From: Ostreococcus lucimarinus
Lineage: Eukaryota
DNA: 64,000 nt
Strand: one strand, 5' to 3'
Assembly (NCBI GenBank): GCA_000092065.1
Contig: CP000587.1
Each line of letters starts with the position of its first letter. Position 1 is the first letter of the stretch. The notes under the pieces are model-generated. The model ran no database searches. It worked only from the letters and a program-made list of their open reading frames with translations, and had not been told where the DNA came from. The position numbers and the translations under genes were made by a program. This document shows, in pieces, positions 10,601-18,347 of the stretch.

Positions 10601-12035
10601 GACTCGGCGTCGACGGCGCTGGTGGCGGCGCCTCGGCGGTTTTGGCGCGTTTGCGATTCGCCGCGCCGCCCGATTTAGAGCGCTTACCCTTCGACTTCTC
10701 CGTCGCCTCATCCTCGCTCTCGTCTTCGGCGTCGGGAAGCATGAGAGGTGCCGTCGGTTCTTCTTTAGGCGTGAACTTCACCAAAAGCGAGTCACCAATG
10801 CGACTTCCTAGGAACAACAAATCTCTCGACAGCAGACACATGCCCGAAGAGAGCACAGCGCCGCCGGCGCGCTGAAGCATCATGCGACGTAAACTACGGC
10901 CATCGGTGTGAAGAGCTAAGAGCAACAACGCACCGGTTTTTGTTGTCACCAAGACGCGATCTTCCGACACAACAGACGCCTGAGCGCCATCTAACGTGAT
11001 CTCTAATCCGCAATCGACGGCGCGCGCCGCGCACGCCGGCGGCGGGTTCGCCATGGCGTTCTCCCCCATTCCCGCCGCGCGCGCGGCGACTTCGGCGTCG
11101 TTCCCTTCTTGCGGCCCACCGTGACCGAAAGTATTCAACCCGAGCACGGACGAGCTCTCTTGGGATTCGTGCAGCAAAAAGTCTTGCGAAAACACCAACG
11201 CGCCGCCGAGCGGCGGCAAGAGCGCCGTCAACTTGTACGAGCTCGACGGCAAGTTCTGCCGACGCCAAATCACCGTCCCCTTTTGCTTGTCAACGTCCAC
11301 GCTCAGCGCCACGATCTCACACGTATCTTTGCTCAGGTTATACCGCCCAGCCCACGTCGGCGTCTTTTCGTACAAAACCGCCAGCGCCGGCTCGCCGTAT
11401 CCGTGCAAAAAACACGCGTCGCGAATCAATCGCACCCCCGGCAGGTGCAGCGGGAACGACTCGCGCACGCTCGCCGCGGGTCCTCGCACGCGTCCCTCGT
11501 CGTCGTTCGCCACCAGCCCCAACCCCCCGTCCACGCTCGGCAGCACTCGCACCTTGCCCGCGACGCCGTCCTCCCGCAGCACCACCGCCGCGCACCGACC
11601 CTCGGGATCGCTCACCACCAGCGGCGCCTCTCTCGACATCCGCAGCGTCGTTCCCAGTGGATTACACCCCAGCGCACTCTCGAACGAGTGCATCGACGAG
11701 CAGCACACGTCCCCGGTCGCCGCGTCGTACTCCACCACGCTCAGCTTTCGCTCGCGAATCGCGATCAACAGCGCGTCTCGCTGATTCCTCGGCGCCCCGA
11801 ACCGTCGTCTCAGGACGCTCATCGACCCTATCGCGCCCTGCGCGTCGAACTCGGCGCACACGTCGAGCGATTCTTCGTCACCGCGCCGATTGACGGCGTA
11901 CACGGTGATGCGATTCGCGCTCGCGACGATCAGATTCGGGTCCCCGCCGTCGCCCACGGGGCGCGTGAAGTACGCCGTCACCGCGTGGTCGACGCCCGTG
12001 GGCGGGTGCACCTCGCGGTGCACCGCGTGCGACAT
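7692..12035 (-). CDS. CPSF1: Cleavage and polyadenylation specificity factor 160 kDa subunit (CPSF-A/CPSF1)
   Basis: ~1,447 aa from 'MSHAVHREVHPPTGVDHAVTAYF' (matches the CPSF160 N-terminus 'M..Y...HPPTG') to the CPSF_A C-terminal tail '...LDGGLLSKFETLTFTEQRAVAERSG'. Single exon. The upstream R-rich part of the track ORF was rejected as non-coding. Confidence 0.85.
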   Translation of the reverse strand: MSHAVHREVHPPTGVDHAVTAYFTRPVGDGGDPNLIVASANRITVYAVNRRGDEESLDVCAEFDAQGAIGSMSVLRRRFGAPRNQRDALLIAIRERKLSVVEYDAATGDVCCSSMHSFESALGCNPLGTTLRMSREAPLVVSDPEGRCAAVVLREDGVAGKVRVLPSVDGGLGLVANDDEGRVRGPAASVRESFPLHLPGVRLIRDACFLHGYGEPALAVLYEKTPTWAGRYNLSKDTCEIVALSVDVDKQKGTVIWRRQNLPSSSYKLTALLPPLGGALVFSQDFLLHESQESSSVLGLNTFGHGGPQEGNDAEVAARAAGMGENAMANPPPACAARAVDCGLEITLDGAQASVVSEDRVLVTTKTGALLLLALHTDGRSLRRMMLQRAGGAVLSSGMCLLSRDLLFLGSRIGDSLLVKFTPKEEPTAPLMLPDAEDESEDEATEKSKGKRSKSGGAANRKRAKTAEAPPPAPSTPSPEDDDDELEALLYGTTKTETVQTDAVQTEKKREGLAGIIPGLKVAGYDLKVKDSLLGVAPVVDIAVGASAPMGSNKNERTELITACGQGKNGALAILTRGVQPELVTEVESGTLPNLQGLWTLHYRKEGSKEEREPFHHHLLLSMKSSTMIMETGEELQEVSASLEFITNQATLAASNIFGHYCSVQVTGTGIRVLKGGVKVQDVGLQDMDAPKGAAIASAQILDPYIIVRLSDGSIRLLSGDEKQMSVSLMETGAIPTSSVTAFALVDDSVEAADAAGGGERKSGWIHRAATNGTITGLEGNKKSGACNNSEAIVALTREGGSLELFSLPSCTRIWCADGLSEGMRVLSPQTPVNAESSVPEIVDIRIDSFQDAHERPLLTAVRGDGTLLLYKGFIVPAGTTYEGQDEPLEKNELRFSRVNVDVEGSGLNVAGIGAAGQLRDSLAGARLTRIGNVGEGQGVQGIFVAGPNPLWLIVRRSRVLALPTRGEGEVVAFTVFHNVNCPHGFILGTALGGVRICQMPSKMHYEAAWPVRKVALKCTPHTITYLPDFKLYALVTSAPVPWVEREIEQDNVHGIALAKVRRERAKANDDMELQYSVRLLVPGSLDSAWQHALEPGEHVQCVRNVQLRDINTGALLSLLAVGTAMPGGEDTPCRGRVILFQMVWERDAESMDGYRWKGQVCCVREAKMACTALSALDGHLIVAVGTKLTVHTWDGVELNSVAFFDTPIHTVSINVVKNFILVGDLEKGLHFFRWKANGFEKSIIQLSKDFDRMDVVSTEFLIDGATLSLLGSDMSGNARIFGYDPKSLESWKGQKLLVRSAYHVGSPISRMVRFNVEGTTAKAAPGERPKGTNRHAVFFGTLDGALGIFMPTDEPTYAKLHALQRELNTTVRSPIGCNPRTFRTPKVFEGKHVQLLAPLDVLDGGLLSKFETLTFTEQRAVAERSGVDRDLALGLIQHLSASNAFV

Positions 12036-12350
12036 CGCGGCGCCGCGCGCGTCGAGGGCGGCGCGAAATGCAGGTCGAATGCGATCGAAGGCGCGCGTCG
12101 CTCGACATCGCGACGCCGCCGACGCGCCGGCGCGTCGATGCGGACGGCGACGCGGACGACGACGACGACGACGGCGACGGCGACGCGCGCGCGACGCGGG
12201 ACGCGCGCGACGACGACGACGCGCGCGGACGCGCGCGGTCGACGGACGACGCGCGCGCGCGGGACGTTCGAGGACGACGACGCGGGCGCGCGGACGACGC
12301 GCGCGCGCGGCGACGGGCGCGCGGGAGAAACGCGGGCGCGGGACGACGCC
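12036..12350. promoter_or_regulatory. Putative bidirectional promoter between the divergent CPSF160 (-) and BT1 transporter (+) genes
   Basis: A ~315 bp GC-rich ((GACGAC)n, CGCG-rich) interval between two divergent start codons. Confidence 0.35.
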
Positions 12351-13769
12351 ATGGGCGGCGCGCGGCGAGGCGCGGGCGCGGAGGACGGGACGACGGCGGC
12401 GGCGGCGACGGCGAGCGCGGCGCGAGACGACGCGGGTCGGAGGAAGACGAAGGAACGGCGCGTGCTGTTCGGGGTGCCGATGTCGCCGGAGGTGTACGCG
12501 ATCGCGTTGGTGTATTTCGTGCAGGGCGTGATCGGGCTGTCGCGGTTGGCGAAGGATTTTTATCTCAAGGATGAGCTGCGCTTGGGGCCGAGCGAGACGG
12601 CGATGATTTTGTCGATTTCGCAAGCGCCGTGGTTGATCAAGCCGCTGTGGGGGTTTCTGAGCGATTCAGTGCCGCTTTTTGGCTATCGGAGAAAGTCGTA
12701 CTTGATGGCGTGCGGCGCGGTGGGGTGTTTGGGTTGGGCATCCATGGCGACGTGGGTGGACGCGCCGGAGACGGCGCTCGTGGCGTTCACGCTCGGGTCG
12801 CTGAGCATCGCGTTTAGCGATGTTTTGATCGATAGTATCGTCGTCGCAAAGGCGAGAGGTGAAGAACAAGGGGTGTCGGGATCGTTGCAATCGCTTTGCT
12901 GGGGGTTCGTCGCCATCGGGAGCATCGTGAGTTCGTATTTTAGCGGGAGTTTGATTGAATCGTACGGCACGAGATTCGTCTTCGGCGCCACCGCGGTGTT
13001 TCCGCTCATGATCGCCGGAGCGTCGACGTTGGTGCAAGAGAAGCCGATCGTCGAGACCGCGCAGGTGTCGAGCGAGGGCGTGTTGAGTGATTTCAAGGCG
13101 ATGTCGGGGAAATTGTTCCAAGTCGCCAAGCGGCGAGACATTTGGGCGCCGGCGTTCTTCGTGTTCTTGTGGCAAGCGACGCCGAGCGCTGGGACGGCGA
13201 TGTTTTATTTCAACACGAATGAGCTCGGATTTTCGCCAGAGTTCTTAGGCCGCGTGGCCCTCGTGCGCGCGTTTTGCGCGCTCGGCGGCGTGGCGTTGTA
13301 CAACGGTTACCTCAAGCGCGTACCGCTCAAAAAGATGTTTTTGTGGACCTCCATCTTGGGCACCGCGCTCGGCTCCACTCAACTTTTACTCGTGAGTCGC
13401 ATGAATTTAGAGTTAGGGATTAGCGATAAAGTGTTCGCGCTCACCGACACCGCGGTGTTGACGGTTTTGGGCGAAGTGAGCTTCCTGCCGGTGCTCGTCT
13501 TGGCGGCGAAAATTTGCCCGGAGGGCGTAGAGGCGACGTTCTTCGCGGCGCTCATGTCTCTCTTCAACGCCGGCGGCGTGACGAGCGAGTTTCTGGGCGC
13601 TGGGTTGACCAAATCGCTCGGTGTTACCGCGGACAACTTCGACAACCTCTTTTTGCTGTTGTCCATTTGTCTCGTCACCGGTTTACTCCCGCTCGCAGCC
13701 ATCAACCTCATAGACGAAGTCAAGGACGACGACGCGGACGACGTCGAGTCGGCGCAAAAGAACGCGTGA
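12351..13769 (+). CDS. Folate-biopterin transporter (BT1 family, MFS-like)
   Basis: Multiple TM segments. 'LSDSVPLFGYRRKSYL' and 'GFSPEFLGR' are BT1-type motifs. Start at ATG 12351, or possibly 12480. TGTAA lies ~60 nt past the stop. Confidence 0.75.
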   Translation: MGGARRGAGAEDGTTAAAATASAARDDAGRRKTKERRVLFGVPMSPEVYAIALVYFVQGVIGLSRLAKDFYLKDELRLGPSETAMILSISQAPWLIKPLWGFLSDSVPLFGYRRKSYLMACGAVGCLGWASMATWVDAPETALVAFTLGSLSIAFSDVLIDSIVVAKARGEEQGVSGSLQSLCWGFVAIGSIVSSYFSGSLIESYGTRFVFGATAVFPLMIAGASTLVQEKPIVETAQVSSEGVLSDFKAMSGKLFQVAKRRDIWAPAFFVFLWQATPSAGTAMFYFNTNELGFSPEFLGRVALVRAFCALGGVALYNGYLKRVPLKKMFLWTSILGTALGSTQLLLVSRMNLELGISDKVFALTDTAVLTVLGEVSFLPVLVLAAKICPEGVEATFFAALMSLFNAGGVTSEFLGAGLTKSLGVTADNFDNLFLLLSICLVTGLLPLAAINLIDEVKDDDADDVESAQKNA

Positions 13770-14620
13770 GTTAGTTTAAGAGCGCGACGTAGACGTAGAA
13801 ATTATTACATTATTTACTACAGACTCGTGTAACCGCCATTCGCGCGCAACCTCGCCTCGAACTTGGTCGCACCGCGGAGTCGAACCGCGAGACGAGCGCC
13901 CTTCGGCGCCGCCGACCCTCTTGCGACGGGACCCTCCGGCTCGCCTTCTGAGGCGGCCTTCACAGGGAAAATATATACGGGTGATCTAAGGAAGTAGAAA
14001 ACTAACCAATAATTGCCGCCGTGCAGTGCGGTTCGTTCGTTCGTTTTGTTTGCCTATGTTCTGAAAAACGTTGGAGGACAAATTTTGATCTACCGCAGGA
14101 TACCGTGTTTTGTTTTGCGTGAGGCTGAAAGATGGTCGAAACATGCATGTTGTGATCTGGAGGATCGAGCGCGTAAACGAGTAAACAAAAGAGGTTCACG
14201 TAAACCTGATCAAGAGCGCCCATAATAAATGCTATCGAAGCAAGCATATCAACATGATGGATGACTGCGGAGAATAAATCCAAGCGAAGCGCGCGAAGCG
14301 CGTGAATGATAAAGAACAAACAGACAAACTTTTTCTCGCACTATCGGCGAAGGAGGATCCAAAATAACGCATCGGCGATCTACGAATGAAACGACGCGAC
14401 GCTTGAAAACACTCAAAAAGCAAACCTCGTCCAAAGCGCGACGAAACGTGCGAAAAACGCGCGCGCGTCCGCGTTCGCGGTGACATTCTTTCTGCGCGTC
14501 GCGATCAAACGTACCGCCCGAGGGCGAACAACGGTAAACGGTAAACATAGAGTGCGCGTACGCTATCTTCGTCGCGGAAATCGCGCGCCGCGCGCCTGCG
14601 TTCGCGTGCGTGCACGAGTT

Positions 14621-14634
14621 TTTTTTTTTTTCGC
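14621..14634. repeat. Poly(T) tract, T14
   Basis: 'gagttttttttttttttcg' inside the AT-rich intergenic island. Confidence 0.8.
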
Positions 14635-15001
14635 CCTAACGAATGAATGAATGCGTGCGTGATCGATTCACGCGAGATCTCCCGCCGTCCCGCTCGCGCG
14701 CGCCTTTCCCTGCCCCCCGCGCGAGCGCTCGAGCGCCGCCTCGCCCTCGCGCGCGCTCGGAGCGTCGACGCGCGCGCGACGCATCGCGCGCGCGTCGAGC
14801 TGCCGCGCCGATCCCTTCGCCCGCGGGGTGCCCTCGGGGTCGCGCATATTCGGACATTCGGACGATTTACGACGCACGCCGCGCTCCCGCGATGGCGTCG
14901 AAGACGTCCGCAGTATGGCGCGCACCGCCGCGCGCGTCCTCGCGTCGCCGACGCCGTCGCCGCGCCGCGCGCGCGCGCCGCGCGGTGCGACGCGCGCCGC
15001 G

Positions 15002-15763
15002 ATGTCGTCCTCGACGTCGTACGTCCCGCGGGGCCCGATCGAGCGCGCGCGCGTCGCCGTCACGGGCGCCAATCGCGGGATCGGGCTCGAGCTCTGTAAA
15101 GCGCTGCTCGCGCGCGAAAACGTCGTCGAGGCGGGGTGTCGACGCGCGAGCGACGCACTGCGCGCGCTCGAGCGCTCGAGCGATGGACGGTTGATCGTCA
15201 GCGAGGGCGTGGACGTCGGCGACGACGCGGCGATCGACGCGTGGGCGAGGGCGATGACGACGCGGGGACGACGACTGGACGTCGTCGTCAACAACGCGGG
15301 CGTCGTCGGAACGAACGGGTACGACGCGTGGGATTTAGAGACGACGACGGCGGAGGAGATGATGTACGTGTTTAAAATTAATTGCGTCGGGCCCACGCTC
15401 GTGGTTCGAGCGCTGCTGAGACACGGATTGATCGGCGCGGACGCGAACGCGCCGTCGCTCGTGGGCAACGTGACGTCCAAAGTCGGAAGCGTCGAGGACA
15501 ACGGATCGGGTCGAGGATACAGCTATCGCGCGTCGAAATCGGCGTTGAACATCGTCACGAAATCTATGTCCATCGATTTAGCGAGCCGAGGCGTGCATTT
15601 CGCGCTTTTACACCCCGGCTGGGTGAAAACGGACATGACGGAGAGCAGAGGCCTCATCGACGCCGAAGAGTCGGCGCGCGGTCTCATCCGCGTTTTGCAG
15701 GGCGAATTCGGCGATTGCGAGCGGTTTTGGTTCGATTACAAGGGCGACAAGATTCCTTGGTAG
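15002..15763 (+). CDS. Short-chain dehydrogenase/reductase (SDR, C-factor/sniffer-like)
   Basis: 'VAVTGANRGIG' is a TGxxxGxG NAD(P)-binding motif. 'NNAG' and 'YRASKSALN' are the catalytic YxxxK motif. Upstream in-frame ATGs (14915) could add a presequence. Confidence 0.75.
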   Translation: MSSSTSYVPRGPIERARVAVTGANRGIGLELCKALLARENVVEAGCRRASDALRALERSSDGRLIVSEGVDVGDDAAIDAWARAMTTRGRRLDVVVNNAGVVGTNGYDAWDLETTTAEEMMYVFKINCVGPTLVVRALLRHGLIGADANAPSLVGNVTSKVGSVEDNGSGRGYSYRASKSALNIVTKSMSIDLASRGVHFALLHPGWVKTDMTESRGLIDAEESARGLIRVLQGEFGDCERFWFDYKGDKIPW

Positions 15764-15998
15764 CGCATTTCGTGTCATCGACGCACGCGTAGACTCCGAA
15801 CGCGCCCCTTTCGCCCGCCCGAAACGCCCAAAGCGCCCCGCTCGACATCCACGTGGAAAGCGTCTTATCCGCGTCACCGCCGCGAAATTCGGTGGTCGAT
15901 CGCGTTCGTCACACGCGCGCGCGTCGAGCACGCGCGATTCGCGCCGCGAGCGGCGCGCTCGGCGAAAGAAATTTTTGCGCGTCGAATCGTCGTCCGTC

Positions 15999-17252
15999 AT
16001 GGACCGCGTGCCGAGCGCGGACGACCTCATGGCGACGTTTCTGTGGAACGCGCAGCGCGCGAGCGCGGGGACGCCGTCGAACGGGACGTCCGGCGCCGCG
16101 GCGCACGGCGCGCGCGGCGTGAACCGCACGCCGTCGCAGCACGAGATGGAGAGTTATTACAACGCCATGATGGCGAGCGCGGCGCACGGCGCGCACGCGG
16201 GATTCGGGGCGTACGGGGCGCTGGATGGATCGATCGCGCACGCGCGAGACGCCGCGGGGGGCGCGGGGAGCGCGCCGGGAAGTCGAGAGGGCACGCCGGG
16301 AATCCCGCGGGTGGCGTCGATCGACGTGCTGCGGAAGATGATCATGAGCGGGGGGCTGGGGGGGGGCGGAGGACCGGGAGGAGCGTCGCCGGGGTCGGCG
16401 ACGCCGACGACGGCGGCGGCGTTTTCGGCGTTCGCGAGCGGGGCGAATTTGGACGCGCTCGGCGCGGCGGTGGCGATGGAACAGAGCAAGGCCGACGATG
16501 AGGGGAAGAAAACGACGACGACGAGGTCCGGGGCGAAGCGCTCGGGGAGGAAACCCGCGGCGAAGGCGCCGGCGGCGAAGAAGGCGAAGGCGCCGCCGGC
16601 GAAGAAGGCGGCGGCGGCGACGACGACGCGCGGAGGAAAAGCGGCGAAGGACGCCGTGGCGTCGCCAGCAAAGGCGGCGGCGAAGGCGCCCGCGGCGAAG
16701 GCGCCCGCGGCGAAGGCGAAGGCGGTGGCGGCGAAGAGCGAGCCGTTGTCTTCGGACTTGGATCACGATAGCGACGGCGACTCTCGCGATGGCGACGGCA
16801 ACGGCGACATGCGACGCCGACGCCGAATGTTGAGCAACAGAGAGAGCGCCAGGCGCAGTCGGCGACGCAAGATTGAACACGTGGCCACGCTCGAAGGGCA
16901 AATCGCTCAGTTGACGGCTGAGTTGACGGCGGCGTTGCAACACACGCAAGGCGTGGAGCAGCGCTACCAGGCGCTCGTGCGAGAAAACCACACCATTCGC
17001 GCCGAGAAGGATAGACTTTTACAACTTCTCCGCGAGGCCGGTCCTCCGGGAGGTGGGGTGACGACGCCCAAGACGGGTTCCGCCATGGAGCGCAAATCTA
17101 GTTTACAGCGAATCTCGAGCAACGGAGACATCAAGGGCGAGCTCGGCAAGGGGTCGCCGACCATCGGTTTGGGCACGGGCTTCGTGCCGTTCCGATCGTT
17201 ACAGAGTTACGAAAACCTGCTCTTGCTCCAACAGAAGTCCGAGAAGCAGTGA
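15999..17252 (+). CDS. bZIP transcription factor with a histone-H1-like Ala/Lys/Pro-rich region
   Basis: The basic region 'NRESARRSRRRK' followed by heptad leucines (L-x6-L) is a bZIP. Upstream are (KAPAAKA)n H1-like repeats. Confidence 0.65.
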   Translation: MDRVPSADDLMATFLWNAQRASAGTPSNGTSGAAAHGARGVNRTPSQHEMESYYNAMMASAAHGAHAGFGAYGALDGSIAHARDAAGGAGSAPGSREGTPGIPRVASIDVLRKMIMSGGLGGGGGPGGASPGSATPTTAAAFSAFASGANLDALGAAVAMEQSKADDEGKKTTTTRSGAKRSGRKPAAKAPAAKKAKAPPAKKAAAATTTRGGKAAKDAVASPAKAAAKAPAAKAPAAKAKAVAAKSEPLSSDLDHDSDGDSRDGDGNGDMRRRRRMLSNRESARRSRRRKIEHVATLEGQIAQLTAELTAALQHTQGVEQRYQALVRENHTIRAEKDRLLQLLREAGPPGGGVTTPKTGSAMERKSSLQRISSNGDIKGELGKGSPTIGLGTGFVPFRSLQSYENLLLLQQKSEKQ

Positions 17253-17351
17253 ATCCGGCGTCGAATCCATTGTATTGCGCACCATTCATTCATCCTAGCC
17301 ACGACGGTGACTCACGCGCGCGCGCAGTCGCCACTCTTCGACGCGTCCACC

Positions 17352-18017
17352 ATGTCGCCGGCGCTCGCGCCGTTCGCCGGCGCGCCGTTCGCGCGCGCGC
17401 GCCGTCCCGCGCCGACGCGTCGCGCGTCGCGCGCGCGCGCCAGAGAGAGCGACGACGCCCGCGCGTCGCTGTCGTCGCTCGACGCGATTTTATCCACCGA
17501 CGCCGACCGCGCGTCCTCGAGCGACGGCGCGTCGGCGCGCGACGACGCGCCGAGCGACGCCGCGACGCCGACTCGAGTGGTCTCGCGCGCGGTCGACGTC
17601 GCGCTCGACGACGACGTCGTCGCGCGGGTCGAGCTCGAGGTGCGCTCGGCGACGTCGCGGTTGACGCGCGCGACGATGAAATCGCCGCTCGGCATCGTCT
17701 TCGAAGACGTCGACGGCGACATCGCGGTGGTCGAGTTTTACGACGAGAGCGATCTGGGACCGCGCGGGCGCGGGATCAGGGAGGGAGACGTGTTGCGCGC
17801 GACGTCGGCGATGATTCCGGAGATGCGGTATCCAAAGTTGAACGTGATAGGCGGCGGCGTCGGGCGACCGGGATGGCGTCGGGTGATGTACACGTGCGCG
17901 TCGTCGCAGGACGGTAACTTGGACGACGTGACGTTCGATCAGGCGATGAAAGCGATCGGGTCGAACGCCAAGGCGGGAAATTACGACGTCGAGCTCGTGT
18001 TTGAACGCCGCGCGTGA
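17352..18017 (+). CDS. PDZ-like domain protein with a Ser/Ala/Arg-rich N-terminal presequence (organelle-targeted?)
   Basis: 'LGIVFEDVDGDIAVVEF...GIREGDVLRATS' resembles a PDZ fold. The N-terminus 'MSPALAPFAGAPFARARRPAPTRRASRARA' looks like a transit peptide. Confidence 0.45.
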   Translation: MSPALAPFAGAPFARARRPAPTRRASRARARESDDARASLSSLDAILSTDADRASSSDGASARDDAPSDAATPTRVVSRAVDVALDDDVVARVELEVRSATSRLTRATMKSPLGIVFEDVDGDIAVVEFYDESDLGPRGRGIREGDVLRATSAMIPEMRYPKLNVIGGGVGRPGWRRVMYTCASSQDGNLDDVTFDQAMKAIGSNAKAGNYDVELVFERRA

Positions 18018-18347
18018 ACGCTCGCCGCGCGATGACGCGCGCGAATAAAGACAGAGAGCGCAAGCAGGAAAAAGGGACCGGCGTCGAAACCGACCGCGCG
18101 TCCTCGCGCGCGCCCCGTAGAGCCACTTTAGCGTTGTCACGAACTTTCCTTTGCGTTTCGCGCGATCGCGCGCCGTCGCGAGCGCGCCGTCGCGCGCGGC
18201 TTCCGCGCGCGCGCGCGGAACCAGGCACCCCCCTCGTCCCCGAGATCTCGGCCCTCGCGTGCCGCACTCGTCGTCGCGCGCGACGACGCGCCCGAGCGCG
18301 CGCGCGCTTGGAGCGAAAGAAACAACGTCCCGCGCGTCGTCATCGCC

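Noticed and set aside
7692-12623. 5' 196 codons of the CPSF160 track ORF (Arg-rich 'MRNRQNHRRLARPQ...')
   Set aside because: CPSF160 homology begins exactly at the internal 'MSHAVHREVHPPTG' ATG. The upstream part is poly-Arg from CG-rich promoter DNA and overlaps the divergent transporter gene.
13870-13945. tRNA-like element (minus strand), a possible tRNA-Phe(GAA)
   Set aside because: The T-arm is perfect and the acceptor stem pairs 6/7. There is no room for a D-arm, and the anticodon-like hairpin has a 6-nt loop. It does not fold as a canonical ~72-nt tRNA, so it is not called as a tRNA gene.
15909-16991. 360-aa minus-strand ORF antisense to the bZIP gene (poly-Arg/Leu)
   Set aside because: It mirrors the (GCC/GCG/AAG)n repeat of the sense gene and has extreme low complexity, so it is treated as an antisense artefact.
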